64,000 nt of DNA, from assembly GCA_021831785.1 (NCBI GenBank), contig JAKBMB010000011.1, positions 129,491-193,490 of the forward strand, read 5' to 3'. Every line of letters starts with the position of its first letter. Position 1 is the first letter of the stretch. The translations under genes were made by a program, and so were the position numbers. The notes beneath the pieces are model-generated. The model saw nothing but the letters and a program-made list of their open reading frames with translations, was not told where the DNA came from and made no database searches. The stretch is from Deltaproteobacteria bacterium (GTDB lineage Bacteria; Desulfobacterota; Binatia; Binatales; Binataceae). This document shows positions 51,557-62,020 of this stretch, one piece after another.

Positions 51557-52742
51557 CGTGCTCCTCCAGATGGGCCCGCAGCGCGGCAATATGTTCGGGA
51601 CCGCGCGTATCAAGCTCGAGGACGACTTCGACCGCGCTGATCGCGACGTCAAGCCGGTTTCGGTCGTGATCGATTGCGCGGACATTCGCTCCGGTATCCG
51701 CAATCATCTTGAGCAGCTTGCCGAGCTCGCCCGGACGGTCGCGCAAATCCACCGCGAAGCGAAAAAGCCGGCCCATCTTTATCAGGCCATGGCCGATGAT
51801 GCGGTCGAGCAGATTGATGTCGATATTGCCGCCGGTGATACAGATCACGACGCGCTTGCCCCTAAGCCGCCGCCTAATCTTGAGCGCTCCGGCGAGCGCC
51901 GCCGCGCCGGCGGCTTCAGTAAGGAACTTCAGCCGCTCGAGCATCAGCAAAACGGCTTCACTGATCTCGAAATCGTCCACGTCCACGACCTCGCTCAGGC
52001 GGCCTTGAATCAGCTCGAACGGCAGTTCGCCGAGTTTGCCGGTCGCCAGGCCGTCGGCGATCGTGTCCACGGGCCGCTCGAGCGTGCTGGCGCAGCCGCG
52101 GCTTAGGCTTAGCCCGAGTTGAGGAGAACCCAGGGCCTCAACGGCGATCAGCTCCGCCTTGGGCAGACGCGATGAAAGCGCGGCGCAGATTCCCGCCAAA
52201 AGGCCCCCGCCGCCAACCGGAGCCACCACTGCGTGCGCTTCTAGTTCGTCGGCGATCTCAAGCCCGACCGAGCCTTGGCCGGCGATTACCCAAGGGTCGT
52301 CATAGGCGTCCACGAACAGCGCTCCGGTGCACTCTTGAATCTCGTGAGCGGCGCGCGCCGCGCTCAAGTAGTCGCTTCCGCTCAGCACCACGCTTTGCCC
52401 GTAGCTGCGCGTGGCGGCAATTTTGGCCAATGGTGCCGACTCCGGCATCACTATTGTCGCTTTCACGCCCGCCCGGCTCGCGGCGTATGCGAGCGCCTGG
52501 CCGTGATTCCCGGCCGAGGCGCATACCACGCCCCTCTGCCTCTCACTCGGCGAGAGGCAGGCGACCCGGTTGTAGGCACCTCGGATTTTAAACGAACCGG
52601 TTTTCTGGAGATTCTCGGGCTTGAAAAAAACCTCCGCCTCGAGCATCCGCGAGACCGTGGCACTGGGCACCAGCGGGGTAGGTCGAATTACGCCTTTGAG
52701 CCGCTCGCGCGCCAGCTCAAGATGCTCGATAGTCGGTATCAA
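51513..52742 (-). CDS. ilvA: threonine ammonia-lyase (threonine dehydratase) with one C-terminal ACT-like domain
   Basis: PLP-fold motifs (SFKIRGAYN, GNHGQA, GGGGL) plus a regulatory-domain tail; 409 aa. Confidence 0.85.
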   Translation of the reverse strand: MIPTIEHLELARERLKGVIRPTPLVPSATVSRMLEAEVFFKPENLQKTGSFKIRGAYNRVACLSPSERQRGVVCASAGNHGQALAYAASRAGVKATIVMPESAPLAKIAATRSYGQSVVLSGSDYLSAARAAHEIQECTGALFVDAYDDPWVIAGQGSVGLEIADELEAHAVVAPVGGGGLLAGICAALSSRLPKAELIAVEALGSPQLGLSLSRGCASTLERPVDTIADGLATGKLGELPFELIQGRLSEVVDVDDFEISEAVLLMLERLKFLTEAAGAAALAGALKIRRRLRGKRVVICITGGNIDINLLDRIIGHGLIKMGRLFRFAVDLRDRPGELGKLLKMIADTGANVRAIDHDRNRLDVAISAVEVVLELDTRGPEHIAALRAHLEEHGYSIRAAPEQSADG

Positions 52743-53113
52743 GTGCGCGTCACGGAGAGGCCGGCTGTCCGCGGCGCAAGCTGCCGTTCGGTTGGCGCGG
52801 CCAGACTTTGGCCAGCGAATCCTACTTCGCGACAGCGCCCGGTGTGGTAATCCAGATCAACCAGCAGCGAACGCACGGCCCGACGCTTGACCTGCGCAAT
52901 TAAGGCGCCAAGGCTAGCTGCGTCGGCGAGGTCGAGCGCCACCACCGCGCACTTCGAAAGTCCGCTGTCTCGGCGAAATTGAAGCGCCCTCTGCTCGCTC
53001 GAGAACGCCAGCAGGTTGGTCCACGAAGCGCTCGTTTCCTGGTAGCCTATCAAGCTGCCGGACCCATCGGCGAGAAAGCACAGTTCGCCCGAGTCGAAAG
53101 CCGCGCTGCTCAA
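52739..53113 (-). CDS. hypothetical protein
   Basis: 124-aa ORF translationally coupled (ATGA overlap) to the upstream hypothetical; no family recognised. Confidence 0.3.
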   Translation of the reverse strand: MSSAAFDSGELCFLADGSGSLIGYQETSASWTNLLAFSSEQRALQFRRDSGLSKCAVVALDLADAASLGALIAQVKRRAVRSLLVDLDYHTGRCREVGFAGQSLAAPTERQLAPRTAGLSVTRT

Positions 53114-53445
53114 GTGTCTTCGACCACTAGCTCGCCGCTGCGGATCGCCGCGGCGCGTTGACGCACCAGGCCGGGGTAAGTGTAGTAGTGCTGGCCGCTT
53201 AAGTGCAGGAACGACTCAATGTCGACGCCGTCCAACTCAAGCTCACCGATGCGCGCTTCGGCTTCGTCCCGGCCGCGAGCGGTCACGATCGCGTCGTAGA
53301 TAAGCCGGCTCTGCTCGGCCTGAAAGTCCTCGCGCGGCGGAGCTTGCCCGCGCTGAGAGCCGCTTTCGTAAAAGCTGTCCAGAAGGTAGCGCAGGGCCTT
53401 GAGTTCGTGGCGCAGGATGTCGACTTTTTTCAGCGCCCGTTCCAT
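53110..53445 (-). CDS. hypothetical coiled-coil protein
   Basis: About 111 aa from MERALKKVDILRHELKALRYLL; AT-richer promoter-like region upstream. The ORF-track start at 53661 probably over-extends. Confidence 0.3.
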   Translation of the reverse strand: MERALKKVDILRHELKALRYLLDSFYESGSQRGQAPPREDFQAEQSRLIYDAIVTARGRDEAEARIGELELDGVDIESFLHLSGQHYYTYPGLVRQRAAAIRSGELVVEDT

Positions 53446-53657
53446 CAATGCAAGCTTACAACTTGGGCCCAAAGCCGTCCAACAACTTAAACCTATTAAT
53501 GCAAGTGGTTCAGGCATGCGACGGCGGAGGGCTTGGATGGCTCGGCAAAATCGTCCGGCAAGCGCGAGTTGCGCGTGGTTTGCGAGGCTGTTTAGAGGGG
53601 CCTTTTGTGGGTAAAGTCTCGCGCGCAGACGCAAGCGGCGCGTGGGACACGGCCGGC

Positions 53658-54425
53658 TCAACCCACCATAGTAAGGCCGCCGCTTACACTTAAGACCTGG
53701 CCCGTGATGTAGTCAGCGTCCGAAGAGGCGAAAAAGGCCACGGCGCCCCCGATATCCTCGGGCTGTCCCAACCGGCGCATCGGGATCGACCGCCTCATCG
53801 CGTCGACCAGTTTTTCCCGCCCGGCCATCGCGTTTCGCAGCAGCGCGGTCTCGGTCGGTCCGGGGCAGACGACGTTCACGTTGATATTGTCGCGGGCAAG
53901 CTCGCGGGCAAGGGTTTTGGAGAGGGCGATTACTGCGGCTTTACAGCCGGCGTAAACCGCCTCGCCGCTCGAGCCGACACGGCCCGCGTCCGACGAGATC
54001 GACACGATCTTCCCTGCCGCACGCTGGCGCATCCCCGGGACCGCGGCCTTGCAGCAGTGGATGACGCCGCGGTAATTCACCGCGATCACCTTGTCCCAGG
54101 TCTCAGGATCGCTCTCCGCAAAGGGTTGGACCTTGTCCCAGCCCGCGTTGTTGACCAGAATGGCGAGCGGGCCGACCTCGCGCTCGACATAGCTCACTGC
54201 GTCAACGGCACTGCTCAGTTGGGTCACGTCAAGCGCGACCGCCACCGCGGTGCCGGCGCGCGATATTTCACTCGCGGTTCGCGCCGCGGCTTCGCGGTCA
54301 ATATCGGCGATCGCCACGCTGGCGCCCTCGGCGGCGAGCCGCGTTGCGATCGCGCGCCCGATTCCCTGCGCTGCGCCGGTGACCAGCGCTACTTTGCCTT
54401 CAAGACGACGTGCTTGCAGTGTCAT
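53658..54425 (-). CDS. SDR-family oxidoreductase
   Basis: TGAAQGIG Rossmann motif, NAG, S...YxxxK catalytic tetrad spacing. Confidence 0.8.
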   Translation of the reverse strand: MTLQARRLEGKVALVTGAAQGIGRAIATRLAAEGASVAIADIDREAAARTASEISRAGTAVAVALDVTQLSSAVDAVSYVEREVGPLAILVNNAGWDKVQPFAESDPETWDKVIAVNYRGVIHCCKAAVPGMRQRAAGKIVSISSDAGRVGSSGEAVYAGCKAAVIALSKTLARELARDNINVNVVCPGPTETALLRNAMAGREKLVDAMRRSIPMRRLGQPEDIGGAVAFFASSDADYITGQVLSVSGGLTMVG

Positions 54426-54623
54426 TATTTGAACCCCCCGTTATCTTGACCGTGGCTAAATACGAAGCGCCGACCTCGCGCTATCAGCTCAAAGTTACGC
54501 GAATAAATATGTCAGGTCACTCACCGGTCCGCGGCAAAACGTCCGCGAGATTTCCGGCCCGGCGGCGCCGGCGGCGCAGGTCGGCAACGTTTGTGCGTCT
54601 CAAGCCAGGCGGCATGCGTCTTT

Positions 54624-55577
54624 TCACCGCTCGAGGCTAGGATAGACTTCGCCGGCCAGCCGCTCCATGGTTTCTGTCACCTCATCCAGGGAGCCCGTGC
54701 GGCAGTCGAAAATTGCGTCTGTAGGGCCCAGCGCCCAGACCGGCTTTAGCTGTTCAGCTACCTCAGCGGCGGTGCCGACGAAGACGCGCTCCGGTTCTTC
54801 GCCGGGCCGCCGATTCGTATCGCCTAAGGGCGCTACGACGCGCGCGCCGTAGCGCACGCTGAAGCCCAGCCCCGTGCGCTCGCGGCCGCAGGCGGCGCGC
54901 TGGCTCTCCAGGTAATCAAGCCGGCGCGGCAACTCTCGCGCCGGCACTCTGAACGCGTGCCAGCTCTGCCCGTACTTGGCCGCGCGCCTGAGCGCGGGAC
55001 GGCTGTTTCCGCCGATGTAGATCGGCGGATGAGGCTTTTGCACCGGCTGAGGGAAGCAGCCCACTTCCGCAAAGCGGTACAACTTTCCGTCGAAGCTGGG
55101 TTTCGGCTCGGTCCACAGCTTGACGAAGATTTCCAGCCATTCGTCGGTCGCCCGGCCGCGTTCGGCGAACGGCGGGCTGCCCATCACCGTGAACTCCTCG
55201 GCGAGCCATCCGCTCCCTACTCCCACGAAAAGCCGCCCGTTCGAAAGCACGTCCAACGTGGCCAGCATTTTGGCGCTCAACACCGGGTTTCGATACGGCA
55301 CGACCATAACGCTCGTTCCCACGCGCAAGCGCGAAGTCGCGCCGGCGACGAACGACAAGAGCGACAGCGGCTCGAAGTAGTTGCCGTCGGCGGGGACGGA
55401 GAAGCGCCCGCTTCGGCTATACGGGTAGCGCGAGGCGATGCTCCACGGAATAACAATGTGATCGGTGACCACGACCGAGTCGTAGGCCAGGGCTTCGGCC
55501 TTGCGCGCGACTTCGAGCAGATTGGCGGCCGTCGCCAGCGGACCCGAGTTCGGGAGCTGAAATCCGAGCTTCACCAT
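54624..55577 (-). CDS. LLM-class (luciferase-like) flavin/F420-dependent oxidoreductase
   Basis: MVKLGFQLPN...DSVVVTDHIV...GVGSGWLAEEF, typical LLM TIM-barrel; start at 55577. Confidence 0.7.
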   Translation of the reverse strand: MVKLGFQLPNSGPLATAANLLEVARKAEALAYDSVVVTDHIVIPWSIASRYPYSRSGRFSVPADGNYFEPLSLLSFVAGATSRLRVGTSVMVVPYRNPVLSAKMLATLDVLSNGRLFVGVGSGWLAEEFTVMGSPPFAERGRATDEWLEIFVKLWTEPKPSFDGKLYRFAEVGCFPQPVQKPHPPIYIGGNSRPALRRAAKYGQSWHAFRVPARELPRRLDYLESQRAACGRERTGLGFSVRYGARVVAPLGDTNRRPGEEPERVFVGTAAEVAEQLKPVWALGPTDAIFDCRTGSLDEVTETMERLAGEVYPSLER

Positions 55578-55730
55578 GCCGTCGTTCTCCTTGCTCGCAT
55601 ACTTTGCCGCGCGAAGCCGTCGCAAACGCTGGTTCCACCCGTCGCCCGCGCCGGGCCAATTATCTGCCGCCGCCCGCAAATAGTCCAACAGCGAGTAGGC
55701 TCCACGGCGGACGTAAACGGCCTGGCGCGC

Positions 55731-56372
55731 TCAGGACGCCAGCGCGGCGCTTTCGACCATCGTCACTCCGGCCTTTGCGAACGACCGCTTAGCGGCCTCG
55801 AGGCCGGCCCGAGGGTCCACCGCGCGGCATGCGTCGACGACGACGTAGGTCTCGAACCCGGCTTCGGCGGCGTCCTCAGCCGAGAAGCGCACGCACACGT
55901 CCAGCGCCAGTCCGACGGCGAACAGACGCCTAAAGCCGCGCTCTTTCAGATAGCCGCGAAGTCCGGTCGAGGTCTTGCGGTCGTTCTCCTTGAACGCCGA
56001 ATAGGAGTCCACGTCCCGGCGAAAGCCCTTACGCAGGATAAGCTCCGAGCACAGAACGGAAAGGCCGGCGTGAAACTCGGCGCCGTCGCTGCCTTGCACG
56101 CAGTGGTCGGGCCAGAGCGTTTGCTCGCCGTAGGGCAGGGCGATGCTCTCGAAGGGACGCTTGCCGGGTTGCGCCGAGGCGAAAGAGAGATGGCCCGCCG
56201 GATGCCAATCCTGGGTCAAGACCGCGTGGCGGAACAGGCGCGCGAGCCGGTTGATCACCGGGACCACCGCGTCGCCTTCCTTGATTTCAAGCCTACCGCC
56301 TGGGCAGAAGTCCTTTTGCACATCGACCACGAGCAAAAGGTCCGGCTCCTCGATGCCGATAGCGCTTCTCAT
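55731..56372 (-). CDS. pncA: nicotinamidase / isochorismatase-family hydrolase
   Basis: LLLVVDVQKDFCPGG, catalytic Cys context VGLALDVCV. Confidence 0.8.
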   Translation of the reverse strand: MRSAIGIEEPDLLLVVDVQKDFCPGGRLEIKEGDAVVPVINRLARLFRHAVLTQDWHPAGHLSFASAQPGKRPFESIALPYGEQTLWPDHCVQGSDGAEFHAGLSVLCSELILRKGFRRDVDSYSAFKENDRKTSTGLRGYLKERGFRRLFAVGLALDVCVRFSAEDAAEAGFETYVVVDACRAVDPRAGLEAAKRSFAKAGVTMVESAALAS

Positions 56373-56463
56373 GGCGCATCCCTCCTTATTTCGCTAGCCG
56401 CCCGCGGGTGAGCGAGCATAAGGGCCATCCTTTTGACGGGCGCGCGAACCGAGCGGCGCCGGT

Positions 56464-57093
56464 TCAGCTTGGAGCGCTCATGGCTGAACGCGAGCGCCTT
56501 AGCGCTGCGCGATAGTCGTCGGGCGTGTTCAGGTTGAGCAGCGCACTCAACTGAGGGTCCAACTCGCGCATCGCGCGCTCGTCCAGTATGCGAACCTTAA
56601 GCAGCGGCACCAGCGCACGTAATCGCCGTTCGCCGCCGGCGAGCAACGCTTGCGCCGCCGACTGACATCGCTTGTGATAGGCGGCGAGCAGTGGCTGAAA
56701 GCGCCCGTCGATCAGGGGAATCGCCGCATCGTAGTCGTCAACCGCGGCGCAGAGGCCCAACGCGACCTCTGCTCGCAACGCCGGCGCGTCGCACGGACAC
56801 ACAAAAGCTATTTCACCGCGCGCGGCCTCAAGGCCGAGCCCGAGCGCCAAAAGCGGCCCTTCGAACGGTACCGGGTCAAAGACGATCGTGGCGTCAAGCT
56901 TGGGCAGCGCAAAGCCGGCTTCGCCTGGAAGCGCCGCCACTACGATAACGTCCGCGAAAACACGTCTTAGCTCCGTCACCGTGCGTTCGATCAAGGTCAC
57001 GGCGCCGAATTTGAGCAATGCCTTGGGCGCGCCCATGCGCGTGCTGCGCCCCCCCGCCATCACGATCGCGCTCGCTGCCGTTCGCCCTGCCAT
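56464..57093 (-). CDS. mobA: molybdenum cofactor guanylyltransferase-like NTP transferase
   Basis: AIVMAGGRSTRMGAPKALL N-terminal motif of MobA/MocA. Confidence 0.6.
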   Translation of the reverse strand: MAGRTAASAIVMAGGRSTRMGAPKALLKFGAVTLIERTVTELRRVFADVIVVAALPGEAGFALPKLDATIVFDPVPFEGPLLALGLGLEAARGEIAFVCPCDAPALRAEVALGLCAAVDDYDAAIPLIDGRFQPLLAAYHKRCQSAAQALLAGGERRLRALVPLLKVRILDERAMRELDPQLSALLNLNTPDDYRAALRRSRSAMSAPS

Positions 57094-57299
57094 AACTCAG
57101 TAGAAGCTGAAGACCGTTCGTATTTTGCTTGCCCGGCGTCCTATCCGAACATTGCGCCTTTCCGGGCTGCGCTCGCTGTGGTGAACGCCACTGCTCCGGG
57201 CCGCCTTAGGAAAAGCTTACAACGGCGCGCGTGAGGACGCTACCGCGATGGACGCGCGCACGCGGGCTCGGCTGAGAGTGTGCGATCTTTTTGACTAAT

Positions 57300-57412
57300 A
57301 GGGGGGCCGCCGTGCCCGCCCTGTAGCCGCGGTGCCGGCCCGGTCGTGGGTCATTGGTCGCGCGGGCGTGGCGCCCGCGCATCATGGCGGGCACGGCGGT
57401 CCGTCCCGCTTA
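57300..57412. repeat. full copy of repeat family A
   Basis: GGGGGGCCGCCGTGCCCGCCC ... CATCATGGCGGGCACGGCGGTCCGTCCC; same orientation as the 50.7-kb copy. Confidence 0.65.
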
Positions 57413-57522
57413 AATGAGTCACAAGCTCTGAGAAGGCGCGAGGTTACGGATGCGGGCGTTGCTGATAGAATGATTATTGAAATTACCGGTGGCACGGATG
57501 AGTTGAGTCGGAGGGAGTTCGC

Positions 57523-58329
57523 ATGTCTGTTCTTCTGTTCGAGAAGCGAGGGCATATCGCCTACGTCACATTAAACCGTCCCGAGGCGCGCAACGCGATC
57601 AACCCGGAATTGGTCGTGCGTTTGGCGGAGACCTGGCACGAGATCGATCGCGACGCAGCGATTCGCGCGGCGATTGTGACCGGCGCCGGCGACAAGGCCT
57701 TCTGCGCGGGCGCTGACCTTGCGCGCTTGATCCCGCTGTTTAGCGGCGCGCGGCCTGCCGAGGATGAGTGGGACCGCCAAGTGACCGAGAAACCTTCGCT
57801 GGTTGGCGCGGCCCTTTTGCGCGACTTTAACCCCGACAAGCCGCTTATCGCCGCAATCAACGGCTTCTGCATCGCGGGCGGGCTGGAGTTGGTGCAGGGG
57901 ACCGACCTGCGCGTCGCGTCGCAAACTGCGACGTTCGCGCTGCAAGAGGTGAGATGGGCGATCTTGCCGTCGGCCGGATCGATGGTGCGGATGCCGCGTC
58001 AGATGCCGTACTGTAAGGCGATGGAGATTTTGCTCACCGGCAACAGGATCGACGCCGCCGAAGCGTATCGCCTGGGCTTCGTGAACTATGTCACCCCGCC
58101 GGGCGAGGTGATGGCCAAGGCGCAAGAGCTCGCCGAGCGCATCACTGAGAACGGCCCCCTAGCTGTGCGCGCGATAAAGCGCACCGTGCTCAGCGCCCTG
58201 GGCCGCCCGCTCGACGAGGGCTACAGGATGGAGGACGAGGCGACGCGCGAGGTGATGCGCACCGAGGACGCCAAAGAGGGACCGCGCGCCTTTATCGAGA
58301 AGCGCAAGCCGCGCTACGTAGGGCGCTGA
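57523..58329 (+). CDS. enoyl-CoA hydratase/isomerase (crotonase family)
   Basis: KAFCAGADL oxyanion motif, GFCIAGGLEL. Confidence 0.8.
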   Translation: MSVLLFEKRGHIAYVTLNRPEARNAINPELVVRLAETWHEIDRDAAIRAAIVTGAGDKAFCAGADLARLIPLFSGARPAEDEWDRQVTEKPSLVGAALLRDFNPDKPLIAAINGFCIAGGLELVQGTDLRVASQTATFALQEVRWAILPSAGSMVRMPRQMPYCKAMEILLTGNRIDAAEAYRLGFVNYVTPPGEVMAKAQELAERITENGPLAVRAIKRTVLSALGRPLDEGYRMEDEATREVMRTEDAKEGPRAFIEKRKPRYVGR

Positions 58330-58635
58330 AACGAGACGGAGACCGTGTTGGAGAGACCCTGGGCCGAGCGCTGCGACCGTCATTACGCGCGCCGGGGCCC
58401 GGGTCGTTCGCGCGCCGTCACTCCGCCAACTCGACGAAAGCACCACCCCCGCGCAGATGAGTACACGGCGTAGCCGAGCGGTAGGCGAAAGTAGTAAACT
58501 TATGAGATACACGGGCTAACCGCTGGCCGGGCCATGCAGGACGGGCATGGCGCGGCGCTTAGGCACGCGCAGCCGCCGGTGCTATGCGAGCTTCGGACGC
58601 TGTGCTCGTCACACAACACGCTCTTCGGAGGGTAG

Positions 58636-60246
58636 ATGATGGAGTTTAGGCGAAATGGCTGCGCGGCTAGCGCTCGCCGATTGCCGGGCGCGTTTTGCGG
58701 CGCGTATAGCGAGCGGTGGAATGGCGCCGAGACGCCGGGCTTTGCCTGTCGGCGACTAATTTCAATCAACACCGGCAAAGCTATTTTGCTCGCCGCCGGG
58801 ATGCTGCTCGTCACCGCGGGCGCCGGCTCGGCCGGCGACGCACAAAGGCCTTCCGGCAACAAACTTGCAGCAGCTTCGGCTAGTGCGTCCGACACCAAGC
58901 ATGTTCCCGTCACCAGCGTGGTCAATCCGGTGATCCTGGTGGCCGGCGGCGATATAGGTGGGAGCTTGTTCCACTACCTGGCCAGCGCGCTATTTGTGAG
59001 CTCGACCAGCGCGGCTCAGGTCTACATCCCGGACAGCGGGCGCTTTGACACTACGGCGAAGCCGCTCAATGAAAGCCGCGAGATGGCGACGGCGACGCCA
59101 TTACCCAACGGCAAGATTTTGGTCGCCGGAGGGGTCAAATGCGGCAACGGCGCTCTGGGACCGCGCTGCAAGGCGCTTGACAGCGCCGAGCTCTACGACC
59201 CTTCCACCGGCAGCTTTACCCGGGCCGGCGCCGGTAGCGGGTATAAGATGGCTTCCCCGCGCTCCGGGCACACCGCGACCGTAATTCAGGGGTGCGGTTG
59301 TCCAGCAGACGGCAAAGTGCTCCTGACCGGCGGAGTAAAAGACAAAATCGCGACCATCCCGACCGGGATCATCTCCACGCTCCCGGTCAAGACCGCGGAG
59401 CTATACGATCCTGCGACCGACAGGTTCATCGCGCTGCCCGCAACAATGAGGGACGCTCGGATATACCACGCCGCAGTCTTGCTTCCCGGCGGCAAGGTGT
59501 TAATCGTCGGCGGCGACAGCACGGGCTTTTTCGAGCACACGCTTGCCTCGGTGGAAATTTACGAGCCCAAGTCCGGCGCGTTCGTCTCGGCCGGCATGAT
59601 GGCTATGCCGCGCGAGTTCGCTGAAGCCACGCTGTTTGATCCGAATGTGATCAAGGGTCCGCTGGCAGGCAAAGTGCTCATCACCGGCGGGGTTGCGGCA
59701 AAGGCGCGGCTCAAGGGCGATTCTACCGACACCGCTGAGCTTTTCGACCCGGGCTCGGTTAGCTTCAAGAGGGTGGGGTCGCGCATGAGCTCGCCCCGTG
59801 CGGGTCATTCGGCGACGCTTTTCGCAAGCGGTCCGCTGGCCGGCAAAGTATTGATTGCCGGCGGCATCTCGGCCAATGGCGACGGCACGGCGCTGGGCAC
59901 GAAGCAGCGCAGCCAGGGGACCGCGGACCTTTACGATCCCTCGGTTGGGCCGACCGGCGAGTTTCGCCCGACCGGCAAGCTCAACGAGGGGCGCGCGGGT
60001 CACGTGGTTGCGTTGCTCTCGCATGGGACAAACGCCGGCCGCGTGCTGGTTGCCGGCGGCGAAAATTGCAACGGCGCGGCTCCCTCGGCGTGCTACGTTG
60101 CCGGCTCCGGCGCCGACAAGGCCGCGGGCAATCCCGGGGTAGGCGTGGAACTCTACGATCCGGCCAGCCAAACTTGGCGGCCGCTTCGCGCTGCCATGCC
60201 GACGCTGGTCAATGCCGCGTCCGGACACGGAATGCTGCTGTTCTAA
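58636..60246 (+). CDS. secreted Kelch-repeat beta-propeller protein
   Basis: Signal peptide, then 8-9 repeats of about 50 aa each carrying (A/T)ELYDPxxGxF...R..H.AT.L..GKVL..GG. Confidence 0.65.
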   Translation: MMEFRRNGCAASARRLPGAFCGAYSERWNGAETPGFACRRLISINTGKAILLAAGMLLVTAGAGSAGDAQRPSGNKLAAASASASDTKHVPVTSVVNPVILVAGGDIGGSLFHYLASALFVSSTSAAQVYIPDSGRFDTTAKPLNESREMATATPLPNGKILVAGGVKCGNGALGPRCKALDSAELYDPSTGSFTRAGAGSGYKMASPRSGHTATVIQGCGCPADGKVLLTGGVKDKIATIPTGIISTLPVKTAELYDPATDRFIALPATMRDARIYHAAVLLPGGKVLIVGGDSTGFFEHTLASVEIYEPKSGAFVSAGMMAMPREFAEATLFDPNVIKGPLAGKVLITGGVAAKARLKGDSTDTAELFDPGSVSFKRVGSRMSSPRAGHSATLFASGPLAGKVLIAGGISANGDGTALGTKQRSQGTADLYDPSVGPTGEFRPTGKLNEGRAGHVVALLSHGTNAGRVLVAGGENCNGAAPSACYVAGSGADKAAGNPGVGVELYDPASQTWRPLRAAMPTLVNAASGHGMLLF

Positions 60247-60365
60247 GCAGCACCTGACCGACGACTCCCCTGCGGGGAGGAACCGGGGTCCCCGGTAACG
60301 GCAATTGGCGCGCAACAGGCGCCGCTACGCGGCGCACTGAGCATCCGGCGCATCGGGGGTCTGTA

Positions 60366-61358
60366 ATGGCAAGAATTTTTCAGGCGGCGGACGTTGACCG
60401 GACGGTGCTCGACGGCAAAACGATCGCCGTCATCGGCTACGGCAACCAGGGGCGCTCGCAGGCGCTTAACCTGCGTGTGAGCGGACGCCACGTGATCGTC
60501 GGCAATCGCGAGGACGAAAGCTGGCGCAAGGCCCGCGAAGACGGCTTTGAGACGCATCCAATGGATCGCGCCGCCACGCTGGCCGACATCGTGATGCTGC
60601 TTTTGCCGGACGAGGTTGCGCCGCCCATCTTCGATGAATTGATTCGGCCTAATCTGGTTAGGGGCAACGCGCTGGTGATGGCCAGCGGCTATAACGTCAC
60701 CTATAACCACGTGATCGCGCCGGCTGACGTGGATGTCGTACTGGTGGCGCCGCGCATGATCGGTCAAGGCGTATTCGAGCTGGCCAGCCGCAACGAGGGC
60801 GTCCCGATTCTGGTCGGGGTGCATCAGGACGCCACCGGCAAGGCGCTCGCCGTCGCGCTCGCCTTGGCTGACGGGATTGGCGGCTTTCTGCCCCACGGGG
60901 TGGTCGTGGAGTCCAGCTTCAACGAAGAAACACTGGTCGATCTGTTTACCGAGCATACCTGGGCGGGCGCGTTTCTATACATCCTCGACAAAGCGTTTCG
61001 CATGCTGATCGAGGGAGGCGTCAGCCGCGAGGTGGCGATTCTGGAGCTCTACGGGTCAGGTGAGATCGGCGAGATCGGCCGCGCTATGGCGACCGACGGC
61101 CTTTGGCGCCAACTCAGGCTCCATTCTCACACCAGTCAGTTCGGGCAATTGACGCACGGCGCCGATTTTGTCGATCGAAAAGTCGAAGCGTTGATGCGCA
61201 AGGCGATAGCCGAGATTCGCAGCGGCGCCTTCGACCGGCGCTGGACGGCGGAGCAGGCGCGGGGTTTGCCGCTCTTCCGGCGCTTGCTCGATGAAGTTTT
61301 GTCGTCGCCGCTGAGCAAGGCCGAAGACGAACTCTACGCACGCCTCGGCAGACGGTAG
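60366..61358 (+). CDS. ilvC: ketol-acid reductoisomerase (class I)
   Basis: IAVIGYGNQGRSQALNLR Rossmann motif, LLPDE, conserved C-terminal knotted domain. Confidence 0.9.
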   Translation: MARIFQAADVDRTVLDGKTIAVIGYGNQGRSQALNLRVSGRHVIVGNREDESWRKAREDGFETHPMDRAATLADIVMLLLPDEVAPPIFDELIRPNLVRGNALVMASGYNVTYNHVIAPADVDVVLVAPRMIGQGVFELASRNEGVPILVGVHQDATGKALAVALALADGIGGFLPHGVVVESSFNEETLVDLFTEHTWAGAFLYILDKAFRMLIEGGVSREVAILELYGSGEIGEIGRAMATDGLWRQLRLHSHTSQFGQLTHGADFVDRKVEALMRKAIAEIRSGAFDRRWTAEQARGLPLFRRLLDEVLSSPLSKAEDELYARLGRR

Positions 61359-61376
61359 ACTCTGCCTTCTTTGGTT
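61347..61376 (+). terminator. candidate intrinsic terminator of ilvC
   Basis: GGCAGA-cggtagac-TCTGCC hairpin spanning the stop codon, followed by TTCTTTGGTT. Confidence 0.35.
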
Positions 61377-62020
61377 CGCTAAGACGGCCTTTATGGCGCG
61401 GGGCGAGGATTTGTGCAAAGTGCCACGTGACCTAAACCATACCGCGCCGTCCACAAGGAACTGCGTTCGGAGAGCCGTGCGGCGAACCCTCACTTAAATT
61501 TCCCTTCTATAGTGCGAGCGGCGTCTCTCTTCAGCGCGCAAGAGGGAGCCTCGAAGGGGGCGGTCTCGATGCGCGCGCGACAGGGCAGCGAGTCCAAGGG
61601 CAGCCGGCCTCGGACCTAGGCCGTCAGTTTTTACCGCCGAGCGGCCGCGTGTTGCGAGCGGCATAGAGAGAATTCGCTCCTAAACTATCCGGCCCTGCTC
61701 TCCGTGACCTCGAATTTGCTACTGTTAACCTAGCCGACAGCTTTCGACATCCCGAGCTGGCTCTTATGTCTAAGGGATTCGACGTGTGAAAGGGCGGATG
61801 ACCCTCGGTGGGCGCCAACGCCCCACCTGATGAGGTCTCGAGGGACCAGCATGGTCGGCGGGAAAAGCCGTGCTGTCCAATATTGTCCCGAGACGTGGTT
61901 AAGAGGCGAGGTCGTGCGGCGGCAGGCCAGGCAGTCACAGATGACGTGCGTAATCGCACTCACACTGCGAGAGGGCCGGACGACCTCCGGATTGTAACGG
62001 GGACCTCTCGCCTGATTGTC

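Noticed and set aside
52739-53445. Two small coupled hypothetical ORFs considered as a toxin-antitoxin pair
   Set aside because: Neither has HTH/RHH or toxin-fold motifs I can recognise. Their sizes (124 and 111 aa) and coiled-coil content are not diagnostic. Left as hypotheticals.
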